From NCBI GenBank assembly GCA_038126035.1, contig JAYPEY010000013.1:9547-73546 (forward strand): DNA of 64,000 nt. Reading direction: 5' to 3'. This stretch comes from Verrucomicrobiales bacterium (GTDB taxonomy: Bacteria > Verrucomicrobiota > Verrucomicrobiia > Limisphaerales > JAYPEY01). Shown piece by piece: positions 50,301-62,300 of this stretch. The position numbers and the translations under genes were made by a program. Each line of letters opens with the position of its first letter. Within the stretch, counting starts at the first letter, position 1. The notes beneath the pieces are model-generated. The model ran no database searches. It was not told the origin of the DNA and saw only the letters and a list, made by a program, of their open reading frames with translations.

Positions 50301-53300
50301 CGCCGGCAACGACACCATCTTTGGCGACGGCGGCTACATGGATCGCAATGACGGCGGCAGCCTGATCACGCTGCGCACCCATGAAGCCCAGTTCGGCGGC
50401 AACGACCAGATCGACTACATGTCCTACGACAAGAACTTCCCGCACGATCAGTCCGCAATCGCCGCAATGGCCAACACGGCGGCGGCCCTGGGCAATGACC
50501 TGATCTTCGGCGGCACGGGCGGCGACACCATCGACGCCGGCCTGGAGTCGATTTCGCACCGCATCTTCGGCGACAACGGAATGATCGATGTCGCCAGCGG
50601 GAGGCTTGAATCCACGGACCCGACCCGCGGCGGTCCGGATGAAATCACCGGCAGCCCCCTGCGCGACTTCATCATCGGCGGCGCCGGCGGAACGGACGCG
50701 CCGGGTGTCGACGGCGACACCATCGCGGGCATGTCCGGCGACGATGTGATCCTCGGCGACGGCGGACGTATCGTGTTCGACGCCTTCGGCGACCCCGTCA
50801 CCGTGGAAACGCTGCATCCGACCGCCGGCGGCGACGACCTGATCGATTCGATCGCCCTGCCGCCCGGCAAACGCGCCTACAATACGGAGTACAGCGCGGC
50901 GTTTGGCGGCGATGTGAACGAGGGCGCGGATCTGATCCTCGGCGGCAACGGCAACGACCTGATCGAGGGCGGCGAAGTCGATGACAGCGTGGACGTGCTG
51001 ATCGGTGATAATGCCGCGGTCGAGGTCGCCAAGCTCGCGGCCTATGTCTCCGTCGTGCTCCTGGACAACACCACCTTTACGATCACCGGCGCGTTCGACG
51101 GCATTGTGACCACTTCGACCGAGGGCGGCGATGACGACCTGCTGGGCGGTCGCGGCAACGATGTCCTGCTCGGCGGTCCGGCCAATGACCTCCTGGTCGG
51201 CGGCGTTGGCAACGACGTCCTGCAGGGCGAGGCCGGCATGGACGTCATGTGGGGCGGTTCGCTGCTGCTCGCCGAAAGCCACTTCCGCTTCGTGGACGAG
51301 GCGGATCGGGCGACCAAGCTTGATGTGCCGCCGAACTGGGCCGCTTCCGAGGCCGCGCAACCGACCGGTTTCGAGCCCGAGTTGCTGACGCCCAAGGCCC
51401 TGGCCGGGTTGTCAATTCAGGGCGATGTCATGGACGGGCGCGACGTCCTGCTGGGCGGACCTGATTCTGACTGGCTGTTCGGCGGCGGCGACATCGACGG
51501 TCTCTATGGCGGCCTCGGCGACGACTACCTCGACGGCGGCGTCCACAACGACTACCTGCTCGGCGGTCCGGACAATGACGTGATGCTCGGCGGCGACAAC
51601 GACGACATCATGCGCGGCGACTTCAACCTGGCCGGCGAGTTCTCGACCGATGGAACGAAATTCAAGGGCGTTGATTCCACGGTCGAATACGACTTCACGA
51701 CCGCCGGCAAGGACCAGATGTTCGGCGGCAAGGGCAGCGACCGGATGTTCGGCGACGGCGGCCCGGATTCGCTCCGCGGCGAGCGCCTCTACGGCGGCGA
51801 CGATATCGACTTCCTTTACGCCTACTCGCACACGACCGGCGCCTCCACGCCGGCGCAGTTCCAGGCGGAGACGCAGATCGGCGGCAGTGAACTGCACGGC
51901 GGATCCGGTTCCGACTGGCTCTACGGCGGTATCCGGGCCGACATCCTTTACGGCGACAGCGGAGCCGAGTTCATCCACGGCGACTGGCTCTACACCCGCC
52001 GCTACGCCATCAACCCGAACGCCGACACCCTGGGCGGCGACGACAAGCTGTTCGGCGGCGGCGGCGAGGATCAACTGCTCGGCGGCGGCGGCGACGACGA
52101 ACTTTGGGGCGGCGCCAATTCCGACTGGCTCCAGGGCCAGGAGGGCAATGACAAGCTCTATGGCGGCGGCAACATCGACATGATCGTTCTCGACAGCGAT
52201 CCGAACTACCGCAACTTCGGCGATGTCTTCGACGGTCACTATGGCAACCAGTTCCAGTCCGACACGCTGGACGACAACGCCACCGACATCCTGCTGATCG
52301 AGGGCTCCGACAACCGCGACACCATCCTGATGTCCGAGGAGTCCGTGATTCTTGGCAATGTGGAGGTTCCGGAAAGCGGCATGATCGCCGGTATGGCGAC
52401 CTTCACCCTGACGCTCGGCCAGAAGACCCAGACCTTCACCGATGTCGATCTCAGCCTCGGCATCGACAACGCGGTGGACGCCTTGAACGTCGCCCTGCAC
52501 GCCGGCAACAGCCCGTTCTTCAACTACGAGGACGCCAACGGAAAACGTCACGGATACGTCGAAGCCGTGCGCCGGGGCATGAACATCGCCTTTGTCACCC
52601 GCAATCAGGGCGACGACACGACCCTTACCATCAGCGGGGCGAACGACTACGTGAAGAACGTCCTCGGCTTCGACATGGCCGGGACCGGCCAGGATTCCGA
52701 GAGCTACCTCGTCGTGGACTTCTTCGTCGGCGGCGTGACGGACATCTCCTTCGACCAATGGCCGGACCGCGGCATCACAACCTCCGCGCCGATCCATTTT
52801 GTCGCCCTGACCAAGTGGCGCACCGCCAGCGGCGATCCGGCGGTCGAGCAGTTCCGCATCTCCGGGCTCGGCGGCAACGACACCCTCGGCTTCCTGCCCG
52901 GCGCCGCGGCGGTCGATATGACCGTCCTCAGCGAGCGCAGCTTCGACTGGGCGGGCGTGATCGATGGCGGCCCGGGCAATGATACGCTGCTCGGCTCCTC
53001 TGGTCGCGACCGTCTGGACGGCGGCTTCGGTAGTGACACGATCTACGGCTTCGACGGCGATGATCGCCTGTTCGGTGACGGCGGCCCCGGCCAGGGACTG
53101 ATCGGCGACGACGACTGGCTGTTCGGCGGCTCGGGCAATGACGACCTGATCGGCGGGCAGGGGACCAACCGCCTCTACGCCTGGCCGATCGATCCGAACA
53201 TCGGCGGCGTAAACGACACCGCCATCACCGAGCTCAAGTTTGAGGATGGCCTCGAAGCCTCGGTCACCGACACCAACCGCATCGCCAGCATCCTGTCGAC

Positions 53301-56300
53301 GGCCGACGTGCCCGTGGATGGCATCCTGACAGCGGATGCGCACTTCGCCCTCGTCATCGGCGGACGCCTGTTCGACGTCGTCGTGCCGAAGAGCGCAACC
53401 GACGGCTCCGCCAATGTGGCCGACGACCCGAACGCCAACATTGACGACCTGGTCGCCGACATCAACGACGCCATCGACAACGCGTTGAGCATACCGATGG
53501 GCGCGGACAACGGCCTGGTGCGCGCCACCCGCGCCGAGGATGTCAACGGCGGCAAGCTCAACCGGATCGTGCTTTCCACACTCGGCACGACGCTCAGCAT
53601 CACCAACCTTGGCGCTGGCAACCCCGCCGCGACGGAATGGAACCTCGCCCAGGGGCAGTCCTCGATCGAGGGCGTCATCACGGCGTTGGGCGCCGCGCCG
53701 GCCGATGGAAAACTCAGCGCCGGCGACGCCTCGCTCCAGTTGCGCAACAACATCACCAGCGCGACCCTCACGGTCCTCATGGCTGACACCGCCGACAATG
53801 AGACGCTCGACGACCTGATCGCCGACCTCAACAAGGTGATCGCCTCCTCGCCGTTGGCCGACCAGGTCATCGCAGAGAACAGCGGTGGCCGCATCCTGTT
53901 CCGCTCGCTCACCACCAGCATCAAGCTGATTTCGAAGTTCGGGGTGTTCATCAACGAGGAAACCGGCCAGTTCTTCAATCACGATGGCAACGGCCTCTAC
54001 AAGGAGGTCGACACCGGTCTCAACCGTTCGCTCGGCAGCCCGAACGACGATTGGTTGTTCGGCGGCACCGGATTGGATTTCCTCTATGGCAATGGCGGGA
54101 ACGACACCCTGTTCCGCGCCGACGGCACCACCTTCGATTCGCTCGACGGCGGCCTGTCCGGCGACGCATGGAAGGAATACGCGAAGGAGAGCGACAAGGT
54201 CTGGTACTACCGCGCCACCAACGCCGACGATGTCATCAACGTCGATTTCGTGACCGAGCCCGGCCTGTTCCAGGACCTGCACCTGATCACCCGCCTGACC
54301 AACAACAACGGCAACTACACTTTCGCCGCCCAGGTGAAGCTCAACTTCAACGCCACCGACGACGCCGGCAACCCGATCTGGAATCCGGTCGACGCCTACA
54401 CCGACTTCAGCGCCCTGCGCAAACAGGCCGAGATGGGCGAGCCGGTCGATTCCGGCAACTCCATGGCCGCGGCCAAGCTCGAATACCAGCAGCAGGAGAT
54501 GGAGGCAAACCTCCTGCCGCCGGAGGGCGACTTCATCGCCATCATCGTCGACGCCCTCGGTGGCAACGACCAGATCAACGTCGGGCCCACCGTGCAGAAG
54601 ACGGTCTGGGTGGACGCCGGTCCGGGCGACGACACCGTGCAGTTCACTTCCGGCAACGCGATCCTCAGCGATATCGCCGAGCGTCCGCACCGCAACGATA
54701 TCCCGGACTTCGCGACCGCGCTCGGATCGGCCGCCTTGATCTCCCGCGCGGACATCACGGACTTCAAACTCGGGTTGATCAGCGGCGAGATCGCAAAGTT
54801 CAACCTGAAACTCAACGGGTCCAATGACGCCTTCGTGATCAGTCTGCCGTTCGACGGCCTGACGGGCGTCGGCGACAACATGGACCTTGAAGACCTCGTT
54901 GAGGATGTGAATGCGGCCCTGACCTCCTCCGACCTCGCGACCAATGTGAAGGCCGTCGCCATGGGCGGTCGCCTGGCGATTGTTCCGACCCTTGGCGGCA
55001 ACGTGGTCTCAATCCAGATCACAGCCAATGCAGACGACAACAATCTTGGCGAGGGCGTCGTGGATTCAGCGACCATCGCTGCCGCCGCGTTGACCGCGGC
55101 CGAGGGCGCCGCCGCGCGATGGGCCTCCTTCCGCCTGAGGCCGGCCGGCTACAAGAACGATTTCATTGTCACCGCCGCGATCCCCGGCGCCGCGGCCAAC
55201 GGGGCGACCATCGTGTTTACATCGGATGCGAATCTCGCCGCCGACGAGGCAACCGCGACCTATGACGCGGGCGCCAAGGTGTTGACAGTCACATTGAACG
55301 ACGGCGTGACCACCGCCGCCGCCGTGGTCGAGGCGATTGACGCCCTGAGTGACTGGGACGCCGCAGTCGATGCGGTCGACTCGGATTCCCCGTTGACGGA
55401 ATTGCAGTTCAAGTCGGGCGATGTTGCCGGACAGGCGATTCTCGTTGGTTCCGGCGACGCGCCGATTCATGGCAGGCTGACCACGGATCTCGTGTTCGGC
55501 GTCCGATTGAACAATGGCGGCGCCGTGAACATCACCGTGCCGGCGGGAGTGACAAACGGTTCCGACGGCGCGCCCAACCGTTCGCTGGATGACCTGATTT
55601 CCGACATCAACGCCGCCATTGATGAGGCCGGATTGGAGACAACGCTGCGCGCGGGCCGCATCGATGATCGTGTCCGCATCTACACGATCGCGCCAATTCA
55701 GAATCCGACCGTTTCGCTGGTCATCTCGGAAAGCAACGCGATGATCGACCAGTTGCACTTCGCCGACGGCCAGACAGCCAAGGCGATCTACGTGCTCTCG
55801 CGCAACACGAACCTGACCGGCCTGACCATGGACAGCGCCACGGATGTGGACTACTTCGTCTTCCAGTTGGGCTACATTCCCAATGGCACGCCGCGCATCG
55901 AACTCACCAGCGCGTCGCCGCTCGACGGGCTCGGACTTTCGATCTTTGACCTGAACCAGTTGAACAATTTCGGAACCTTCTCGCCGGTGGCGGTCAGCCC
56001 CGACGGTCCGGATCTCGAGAGCTCCGGCAACAACTCCATCGCCGACGCCTACCTCCTGCCCGATATTCGCGATCTCGGTCGCATCCAGCATTTGAACCTG
56101 CATTCGGCTACGGACGAGGACTTCTTCTACTTCGAACTGGCGACCGACGCGGTCGAAGGCGACAAGATCAGCCTCCTGCAGACCGGCGCCGACGATCTGC
56201 TCGAAATCGCCGTTCTCGACGACGAAGGGAACGTGGTCATGTCCAAACAGGCCGACACCACCGAGGGAATCGCGGTGACGCTGCCCTTGGACGGCCTCAA

Positions 56301-59300
56301 GAAGGGCGACCACTACCTGCGCATCAGGCAGGTCTCCGCCAACACCGGCCAGGGCACGGTCGATACCGACGACCTGAAGGACAATCTCGGCCTGGCTGGC
56401 GGCGACGCCACGACCAAGGCCCTGGGCGTAGTCGACGCCAAGGGCGCGCAAAACGCCTTCACCGTGATGGCGAACGCATTCGGCGTCGCGTTCAACGGCG
56501 TGAAGATTGTCTTCCAGACCGGCGGAACCGCGGGTTCCGAAACCGCCGTCTACAATTCGGGGACCAAGGAGTTGACGTTGACGATCGAGGATGGCGTCTC
56601 CACGGCCGCGCAGATCATGAACGCCATCAACACCGACGCGATGGCCGCGGACTTCACCGCCGAACTCTACGAGACCGGACGCGGCTACGAGCTCTTCCCG
56701 GCGGTCGGCGGCAATGGCTACACCATCCTGAATCTTTCCGGCCAGTCCAACGGCTCCATCTCTTTGAGCGCGCCGCTTGAGGCCCACACGCCCTACCTGC
56801 TGAAGATCGACTCGCCGAACGAGGTGCCGACCATCTACAGCCTCAACTTCATCCTCGAGCCGACCGGCGAAACGCAGACCGTCAACATGGCCGCCTCGGT
56901 CAACACCGTCCGCAAGGATGTCATCCTTGGCGGAACCGGCCACGACCGCCTCCAGGGCGGCAGCGGCGAGGACTGGATCTTCGGCGGTCCCGGCAACGAT
57001 GTGATCACCGGCGGCCTCGACACCCAGAAGAGCGACCTCCTGTTCGGCGGCCCCGGCGACGACACCTTCCAGATCCTGACCGACTACCTGCCGAGCCTGA
57101 CCAACAACCCGGACGCCACCTTCATCCCGACCACCGTGGATCGCCTCTACGGCGGCGACGGTGACGATCGCGTCCTCTACCAGGGCGGCGATCTCGACAA
57201 CCTGAGCCGGCCGATTCCGGACTTCGCCTCGATCCGGTACAACCGGATCCTGCATCGCTACGAGTTCACAACCCTCCTTTGGGACACCGCCAATCAGGAA
57301 TGGGTCGAGGAAACGCTGCCCGGTTCCTCGCTCGTCGCCGAAAACAGCCCCGAAAGCGTCGATGGCCGCCTGGACTCGGATACGACCTTCGAAATTGTCC
57401 TTGGCGGCGTGAATTACGCGATCACCGTGCCGAAGAACCTGGGCGACGGCATCCTCACGGGCGGCAACGTGGTCGATCTCGACAACGGCGTCAGCCGGAC
57501 CTTCCGCCTGAGCCTTGGCGCGAACGCCCAACTGACCGTGACCGTCACCGGCACGGCCGGCGTCGACACGGCCTCCACCTACGCCGTGCAGATTCAATCG
57601 CAGATCGACGCCAGCGCCCTGGCCGGCAGCGTCACCGTCGAAGCGGACGGCATGGCCTTGAAGTTCCGCGTGCAGGGCATCGTCGAGGCGGATGAACTGA
57701 GCGTCGGACTGGCCCTCGGTTCCATCGCCGTCGATCTGACCGATCTCGGCTTCAATGGCGCCGGTCAGAGCGCGCCGATCAACAATTCCGCGGGAGATCT
57801 CGCCAAGGACATCAAGACCGCCATGCTGAAGGCCATGAATCAGGCGACCGGCATGATGGAGGATCTGACCGATCGTCTTGCTGTCGGCTCCGACAAGGGA
57901 CGCCTGGTCTTCGTCACCAAGGAACTGGCCAAGGATGAGGCGCTGGCAATTGGGTCGTCGGTCTACCTGACAGCCGTGAACGCGGCGCCCGCAAACTTCC
58001 AGTTGCTGGCTGATGCTGTCTTCAATCTGAAGGTTGGCGGGACCAGTTACGCCGTCAACGTCACGATGGCGAGCACAGCCGGCAACGCCACGCTGGCGGA
58101 CCTCGTCGCAGACGTGAACGCCGCCCTGACGATGGCGAACGGCAATGCGAATGACATTTCCGACAAGGTTGTCGCGCAAGCCAGTCAGAACGGGCGGATT
58201 ATTCTTCGGACGATCGGAGCCTCCCCGGCCGCGACGCTGATGATTGTTGGAGCGGCGCCCGCTGAACTCGGGTTCGTGGACAATCAAGGGACAACCACAG
58301 AAACGGCCAGGCTGGGCCTGACCGCCGGACAGCAGGGAGTCATGCGCCGGGTCTTTACGCAGACCTACGCCTACTACCAGATCAACGAGGTCGAGCGCAC
58401 CGTCATTGACCTGCGCTCCGGCAACGACGTCTTCCGCGGCGACGCTGAGTATGTTTTCCGCAACCAGGATGAGGAATGGGGCATCAAGGCCGGCGACGTG
58501 CAGCAGGGCGGCGCGATCTCCAACCTCGAGATTCATGGCGGCGCGGGCAATGACAGGCTCTTCGGCGGCTACTTCGACGATCTGATCTTCGGCAACGACG
58601 GCAATGACTTCGTGGCCGGCGGCCCGGGAGACGATGTCATCGACGGCGGCCCCGGGAAGGATCTCCTCGCCGGCAACACCACCTCGCAACCGGATGACTT
58701 CGAGTTCGTCACGCGCAACCTCGTTGATGGCCTGAACGATGACGTCAACTTTGCCGCCTTCCTGCCGGATCTGACCGCCGGGCTCGAGGTCGACGGCCTG
58801 ACCTTCCACGAGGGCGATTCGGGCGATTGGTACCTGATCCGCACACCGGAGCCGCTCAAGCAGGTCCTGGAGCCAGGTCAGGGCTGGCTGACGCAGGAGA
58901 TGATCTCCGTCGTGTTCGATGACGCGTTTGAGAACGACCTGTTCAATAACCTCGGAAGCGGCCCGATCCTCGACGACCTCTCGAAGCTCAACAACACCCG
59001 CTACTTCCTCTTTGCGGCCCAGGACACGGACGCCGGCGAGGCCTTGTCCGTCGTTCCGGTCGAGAAGTTCAGCGGCATGCCGGAATACTACCTCCTCCAT
59101 GTCGTCAACCTCCGCGCGCAGCAGGTCAAGGCCGTCGATGCCGGTCCCTCAAACGGACGCATCCAGGACCCGTCCAAGGCCGACGACGACACCGCGAAGT
59201 TCACCCTGATCCTCGACGGCGCCGCCCACGTGATCACCGTCAACGACGACGCCTCCAACACCACGCTCGATCACCTGGTCGACGACATCAATACCGCCTT

Positions 59301-62300
59301 CGTCGCGGCGAACATCGGCGACCTGGTCTTCGCCTATAACGAGCTTGGCAAGATCGTGATCAGCCGTGTGGACGCCGGCTCGATCTCCTTCACCGCGGAC
59401 CCCGGAACGGCCGCCAATGTGCTGGGCTTCCTGCCGGTGGACACCAATGCAGGACGCAACCCTGCGATGGGAGGCTACAAGCTCGTGTTCAGCGAGGCCG
59501 TCGGCAAGACGATCGAAGTCGCGCCGGCCGCCGCCAACCTCACCATCAACTCGCAGTTCGCCGCCTATCGTCCGGTTGTCATTCCGCTCGGCGACATCAA
59601 CGGCGACGGCTTCGGGGACTTCGTCGCCGGCATCAGCGACAACATCTTCGGCACGGGGCCGACCCAGGTCCGCATTTACCTCGGCGGCCACATTGATGAG
59701 GACTTCGACGGCGACGAGATCTTCGATGTCGGCGAGGATCTCAACGCCAACGACAAGTTTGACACGGCCAGCGCCTACTTCCTGAACAACTCGGACTTCA
59801 CGCTCGCCCTGCCGGCGCCCGTCCTGCGTGAGTCGGTCGGAACCGCCACCGCCAAGCTGCGCAGCTTCTTCAGCGAGCCTGGCGATGTGAACGGCGACAA
59901 CGTTGACGATATCGTGGTGACGGTCACGCGGATCGACGGCGGCGCCAGCTCGGCGGCGGCTGTCTACGTCCTTTACGGTCGGGCCAATGATCCCGCGACG
60001 CCGCAGCCGGATGGTTGGGCCGCCAATGTCACCCTCGCCACCGCTGCGGATGTGACCGTGGATGTGCCGGACATGGCGACGGGCAGAATCGCAGCCGCAA
60101 TCGTTGGCGACCTGAACGGCGACAACAAGGATGACCTCGCGGTCAGTCGCGACAACACGCTTTATCTGAAATCCGGCGCGGCGCTGGTGGCCGCCGAGAC
60201 CCTGACCGCCTGGACTGACAGTTACACCCTCGGCGGTGGAGTGTTGGGCGACTTCGGTGGCGTCGGCGATTTCAACGGCGACGGCAACGACGACTTTGGC
60301 GTCATCGACGAGACGACCGACCGCCTGCATGTCATCACGAACGAGGCCTTCACCGGTGACACCGTGGCCCTGAATACGACTCCGGCGGCGATGCGGTTTG
60401 ATCACACCGCCGACCTGGACGGCTATTCCATCGTCGCGCTGGGCAACCTCAACAAGGATCTCGATACCGGTCGTCCGATCCAGGACTTCGGCGTCACCAG
60501 CCAGGCCGGCTCCTTCGTTCTGCTGGGGCGGACGGCCAACGCAGCGATGACTCCTGCTGACGCCATCGCCATTGAAGCAGGCGTTCAGCTCGTCAATGCG
60601 GGCGACTTCAACAATGACGGTTTCGACGACATTGCGGCCGTCAAATTGGAGCGGACTCCGCGCCTGGACGAGAATGGCGGGCAGTTCGTGCACTCTGTCG
60701 GCATCCTGTATCTCGGAACGATGACGGGCATCGATCCCGCCAGCCCGAACCTGGTCTTCGAACGTTCGCAGCCGAATTACCTGGCCGAGGCCGGAGCCTC
60801 GATCCCGTCCGGACTGTTCGCCTTCGTCGGCGACGTGAACAACGTCCCGTCCGGGGCTGTCGCCACGGGAACCTTCACCTTGGCCGGCGACGTGATCACG
60901 CTGACCGCCGCCAACGCCGGCGTGATCTATGAGAATCTGGATGTGGTGATCAACCCGTCGCTTGGCGCCGGTCCTGTGACGGTGTCGATCAGCAAGAGCG
61001 GCGGTCCGGCGGCCTACGTTGTCACGGTCAACACCTTGATGGATGGCTCGACCACGACCGCCGAGGTGGCGATGGCGTTGGATACGCTGGCCGACTACAG
61101 CGCGACCGGCGGCGATGCCACGGTTTCCGGCATGGCAATGCAGACCTTTGAAGGCGTCACCCGGACCGCGAAGGCCGGCGACGGCCATGCCGATCTGGTC
61201 CTGGCCGAGCAGCTCGGCTCCACGCTGCGCGTCTATCACGGCGCGGAACTGGAGGACTATTTCAATCCGCAGCCGACGCCGCCGTTTGTCCTGCCGCGCC
61301 TCTATCGTTTCGATCTGGCCCTGCCAGTGCTGTCTGCGCCGGATGCCAACAATTACCAGGGCATCGACATCTCCGACTCCAATGGCGTCAACAGCCACCC
61401 GGATGTCACCGAGGCCTTCGTGATCGAGGGCGTGGACGGCAACGAGCGCCTGGCCAACCTGATTCCGGTGGGCGATTTCAACGGCGACGACGCCGAGGAT
61501 TTCCTCGTCTACGGCCGCCTGCGCGCCTACCTCTTCTTTGGACCGTTCGAGACCATCGGTTTGTCCGAGGTGACGGAGCGCGCGGATCACATCTTCGACC
61601 TCGCCGCCTTCGGACAGCCCGCTGAGAAGATGGGCGACATCAACGCCGACGGCGTTGCCGATCTCGCCTTCATTCGCTACGACGCCGGAACCATGAACAC
61701 GACGGTCACCTATTTCTCGGGCGGCGTGCTGCACGAAATCCCGCGCGTCGTGAACGCAGTCGCCGACCTGGATCCGCGTTACACGCGTCAGATCGTTCTC
61801 AGCAACGCGGAAATCGACGGAGCCAACGCCGAGTTGCTCGTCCTGAACTTCCTCGGCGACGTCAACCCGGCGAACAACCTCGCCCATTCCGACATCGTGA
61901 TCGTCGGCGACACCCCGCGGAACGAAACCATCTACGGCTACATCTTCAGCGGCGACGATCTGAGCGCCGCGCCGCACGTCTACGGTCAGGCCCAGACCGT
62001 GGCCATCAACTCCGCCAGCGGCGCCAAACGCGTCGACCTGGAACTGTTCACCTCGACTTTCAGCTCGGGGACGATCAACCAGAGCATCCCGGATTCCGGG
62101 CAGGGCGTGGAGAACAACCGCCAGTCCGGTCTGATTCCGACCTCCACGGGGCGGGCCTATCCCTACACGTCGATCGACGGCGTGATGCCCGCGACCCATG
62201 CCTTTGGGTTCCTGGTAAGGGCGGCGGGCGATCCTTACCAGACGACAAACGTCGTGGCCGGAGCGGGAACCACCGCGATCTCGGATTACTCGACGGCCTC

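Larger units (their letters stand above)
53300..59350 (+). repeat. Dispersed ~80-aa modules carrying an (T/S)LDDL(V/I)xD(I/V)NxA(L/I) helix motif (unassigned), at least 6 copies
   Basis: Motif at 53440-53475 (IDDLVADINDAI), 53803-53841 (TLDDLIADLNKVI), 54883-54921 (DLEDLVEDVNAAL), 55582-55626 (SLDDLISDINAAIDE), 58090-58128 (TLADLVADVNAAL) and 59263-59301 (TLDHLVDDINTAF). Each is preceded by FxLx(L/V)xGxxxx(I/V)TV and followed by xV(x)AxxxxGR(I/L)x(I/F). Confidence 0.6.
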
